Below are positions 61,811-64,000 of a DNA stretch of 64,000 nt, one piece after another (position 1 is the first letter of the stretch; each line of letters starts with the position of its first letter). The stretch lies in contig NW_027590156.1 in the NCBI RefSeq assembly GCF_964213995.1, forward strand, positions 1 to 64,000, in the 5' to 3' direction. The notes beneath the pieces were generated by a model, which did no database searches, was not told the DNA's origin, and worked only from the letters and a program-made list of their open reading frames with translations. Origin of the DNA: Mustelus asterias. Lineage: Eukaryota. Position numbers and translations under genes: made by a program.

Positions 61811-63800
61811 TCAAAATCATTTCATGAGGTTTTGGTGTCACTGGTAAAGTAGGATTTGTTGCCACTTATAATTTTTCCTTTGAGAATGTGCTAGTGAGCC
61901 CTCTTCTTAAATCATTGCATTCCATATGAGTAAGTACACATACAGTGCTGATAGGAAAGGAGTTGCAAGATTTTCATCCATTGACACTGAAAAAATAGTG
62001 ATATAGATCCCAGTCAAGACGGTGTGGAGGTTTTATGGGCATTTGCAGATGATTGTGTTCTCATGCATCTGCTGCCCTTGCCATTTTAGTGTCAGAGTTA
62101 ATGTGTTTGGAAGTTGCTACCAAAGGATTATGTTGCTGCTACACAAGTTGTATATGGGTCACACGACTAGAGTTGTACATCTGTGATGCAGAGAGTGAAT
62201 GTTTAAAGTGGTTGGTGGGGTGTCCATCCAGCCGCCTGCTTTTTACTGGGTGGTTTCGAGCTTTTTGGGGGTTGGTTCAGGACCATACGCCAGGCAAGTG
62301 GAGAATATTCAATCACAATCCTGACTTTTGCCTTTATATGATGGATAGGTTTGGGAAATCTGGAGGTGAGTTACTTAGCGCACAATTCCCAGCATCTGAC
62401 CTGCTTTTGTAGCAATATTATTTACATGGCTGTCCCAGTTCAATTTTCCATCAATGGCAATTCCCAGAATGATGATAGTCGGGTTTCGGCTGTAGTCATT
62501 CCATTAATGGCAAGCGGAGATGATTGCAATCTCCCTTACCTGAAAGGGTCATTGCCTGTCACTTGGGTGGCGCGAATTTCACATGCCACTTCACAGCCAA
62601 AACCTGAATGTTTCTAAGTCTTTCTGCTTACGGACACGGATAGCTTCAGTATCTGAGAAGTTGTTAATGTGCTGAACATCGTGCAATCATCAGTGAACAT
62701 CCGACTTCTGATCTTGTATTGAAGCGTGAATATTAGGCCGAGGGCACTATCCTGAGGAGTTCCTTCAGCAAATGCACTGTGACTGAGATGATTGGCTTTC
62801 AACAGCCACAACCATCTTACTCTGTGCTCGGTATGACTGAAGCCAGTGGAATGTTTTTTTCCCCGGATGCCCATTGACTGCAGCTTTGCTCGGGCTTATT
62901 GATGCCACAATCGGTCAAGTACTGCGTTGATGTCGAGGGCCGGCACTCTCACCTCACCTCATTAAAGCAGCTATTTCCACTAGATTTGGACTAAGCTTAA
63001 GTGATTTCTGGAACTGAGTGCTCCGAGTGGGACCCAAACAGAGCATCATTCAGCAGAATTCTAGTATTTGTAGTTGTAGCAGCATTGCTATTATTATGTT
63101 ATTATTAGTTTTTTAGATGATCCTTCATAGTTCCCATTACGTTGATCGAGTGAGGACGCATTGGGGGATATTTGGTCGGGTTGGGTTTGTCCTACCTTCT
63201 GAAACAGGTCATGTCTGCCAATTCTCACACTGTTGTGTATGTGACCGTGATGTAGCTGTACTTGCAGAGATTGGCTGAGGCTCAGCTAGCTCCAGAGCAC
63301 AAATCGTTATTATTATTGCTGAAATATTGTCAGGATCCATAATCTTTGCAGTATCCAATGCTTTCAGCACAGGGTTAGGCCACAGATCAATCATGATCAT
63401 ATTGCATGGCGGAGCGGGCTCCAGGGGCTGAATGGTCTACTCCTATTCCTATCCTCCATGTTATCATGTTGAATGAGTTGACCTCCTTGGAGACTGGCAT
63501 CTGTGATGTTCGGGGCATCAGGGAGAGGCCGAGATGGAACATCTTCTGGCTGAAGATGGCAGCAATTGTTTCAGTCTTGTTTCTTTTACCTTTTGCAGAG
63601 CTCCCCCATCATTAAAAATGGGGCTTTCGTTTGAGGCTCCTGCTGCAGTTACTTGTTTAAATGTCCATCACCATTCAGGACTGCATGTGGCAGAACTGCA
63701 AAGTTAGGGTCCAGTGTAGTATTTATTGAGGCAGTGCCTTCTTCATGGAATGTAAACCATCAAGATGCCAATTCCATCTGCTGGCAAAATTCTGCAATTA
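61810..63800 (-). mobile_element. Old degenerate LINE (family of 29230-29830)
   Basis: GTPQDSALG, MFTDDCTMF and LKALDTAKIMDPDNI motifs on the minus strand. Confidence 0.75.
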
Positions 63801-64000
63801 CAGTTACTGTAAATATATCGCTGTCAGGTATGATTTATGAGAGTAATATACAAATAATTCACATTCATAAATGTAATACCACATCCCCTTCTGCGGAAAG
63901 TGCCCAAATTTAAGGTGCAACGAATTACAGATTAGATGTACGTTGCTGAATAATACAGGTTAAGTTGTGTCCCGCAGGAGTCTGTCTTGAGGTCTCAATT

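Overview
Eukaryotic genomic DNA from a cartilaginous fish, most likely a shark (inferred from the HE1-like V-SINEs, the CR1/HER1-type LINEs and the shark-type Penelope ends). No intact host protein-coding gene is visible; nearly all long ORFs are retrotransposon remnants. The host sequence is a decaying antigen-receptor V-segment field interleaved with a decaying tRNA gene cluster. V segments: three clear TCR alpha/delta-type pseudogenes (19.4, 22.9 and 30.8-31.3 kb, two with 23-bp RSSs), a leader plus IgNAR/NAR-TCR-like V fragment at 21.8 kb, and fainter relics at 2.2-2.9, 5.4-8.3 and 44.7-45.2 kb. tRNA loci: about 25, of which only Arg-ACG, an intron-containing Pro-AGG and possibly Gln-TTG look intact; a tandem tRNA-Val pseudogene array lies at 33.7-40.3 kb. 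Also present are CR1, Rex1/Babar and other LINE fragments, two V-SINE subfamilies, Penelope-like ends carrying minimal hammerhead ribozyme motifs (one intact at 4226-4262) and several degenerate satellites. All calls were made by eye, and boundaries of degenerate repeats are approximate.
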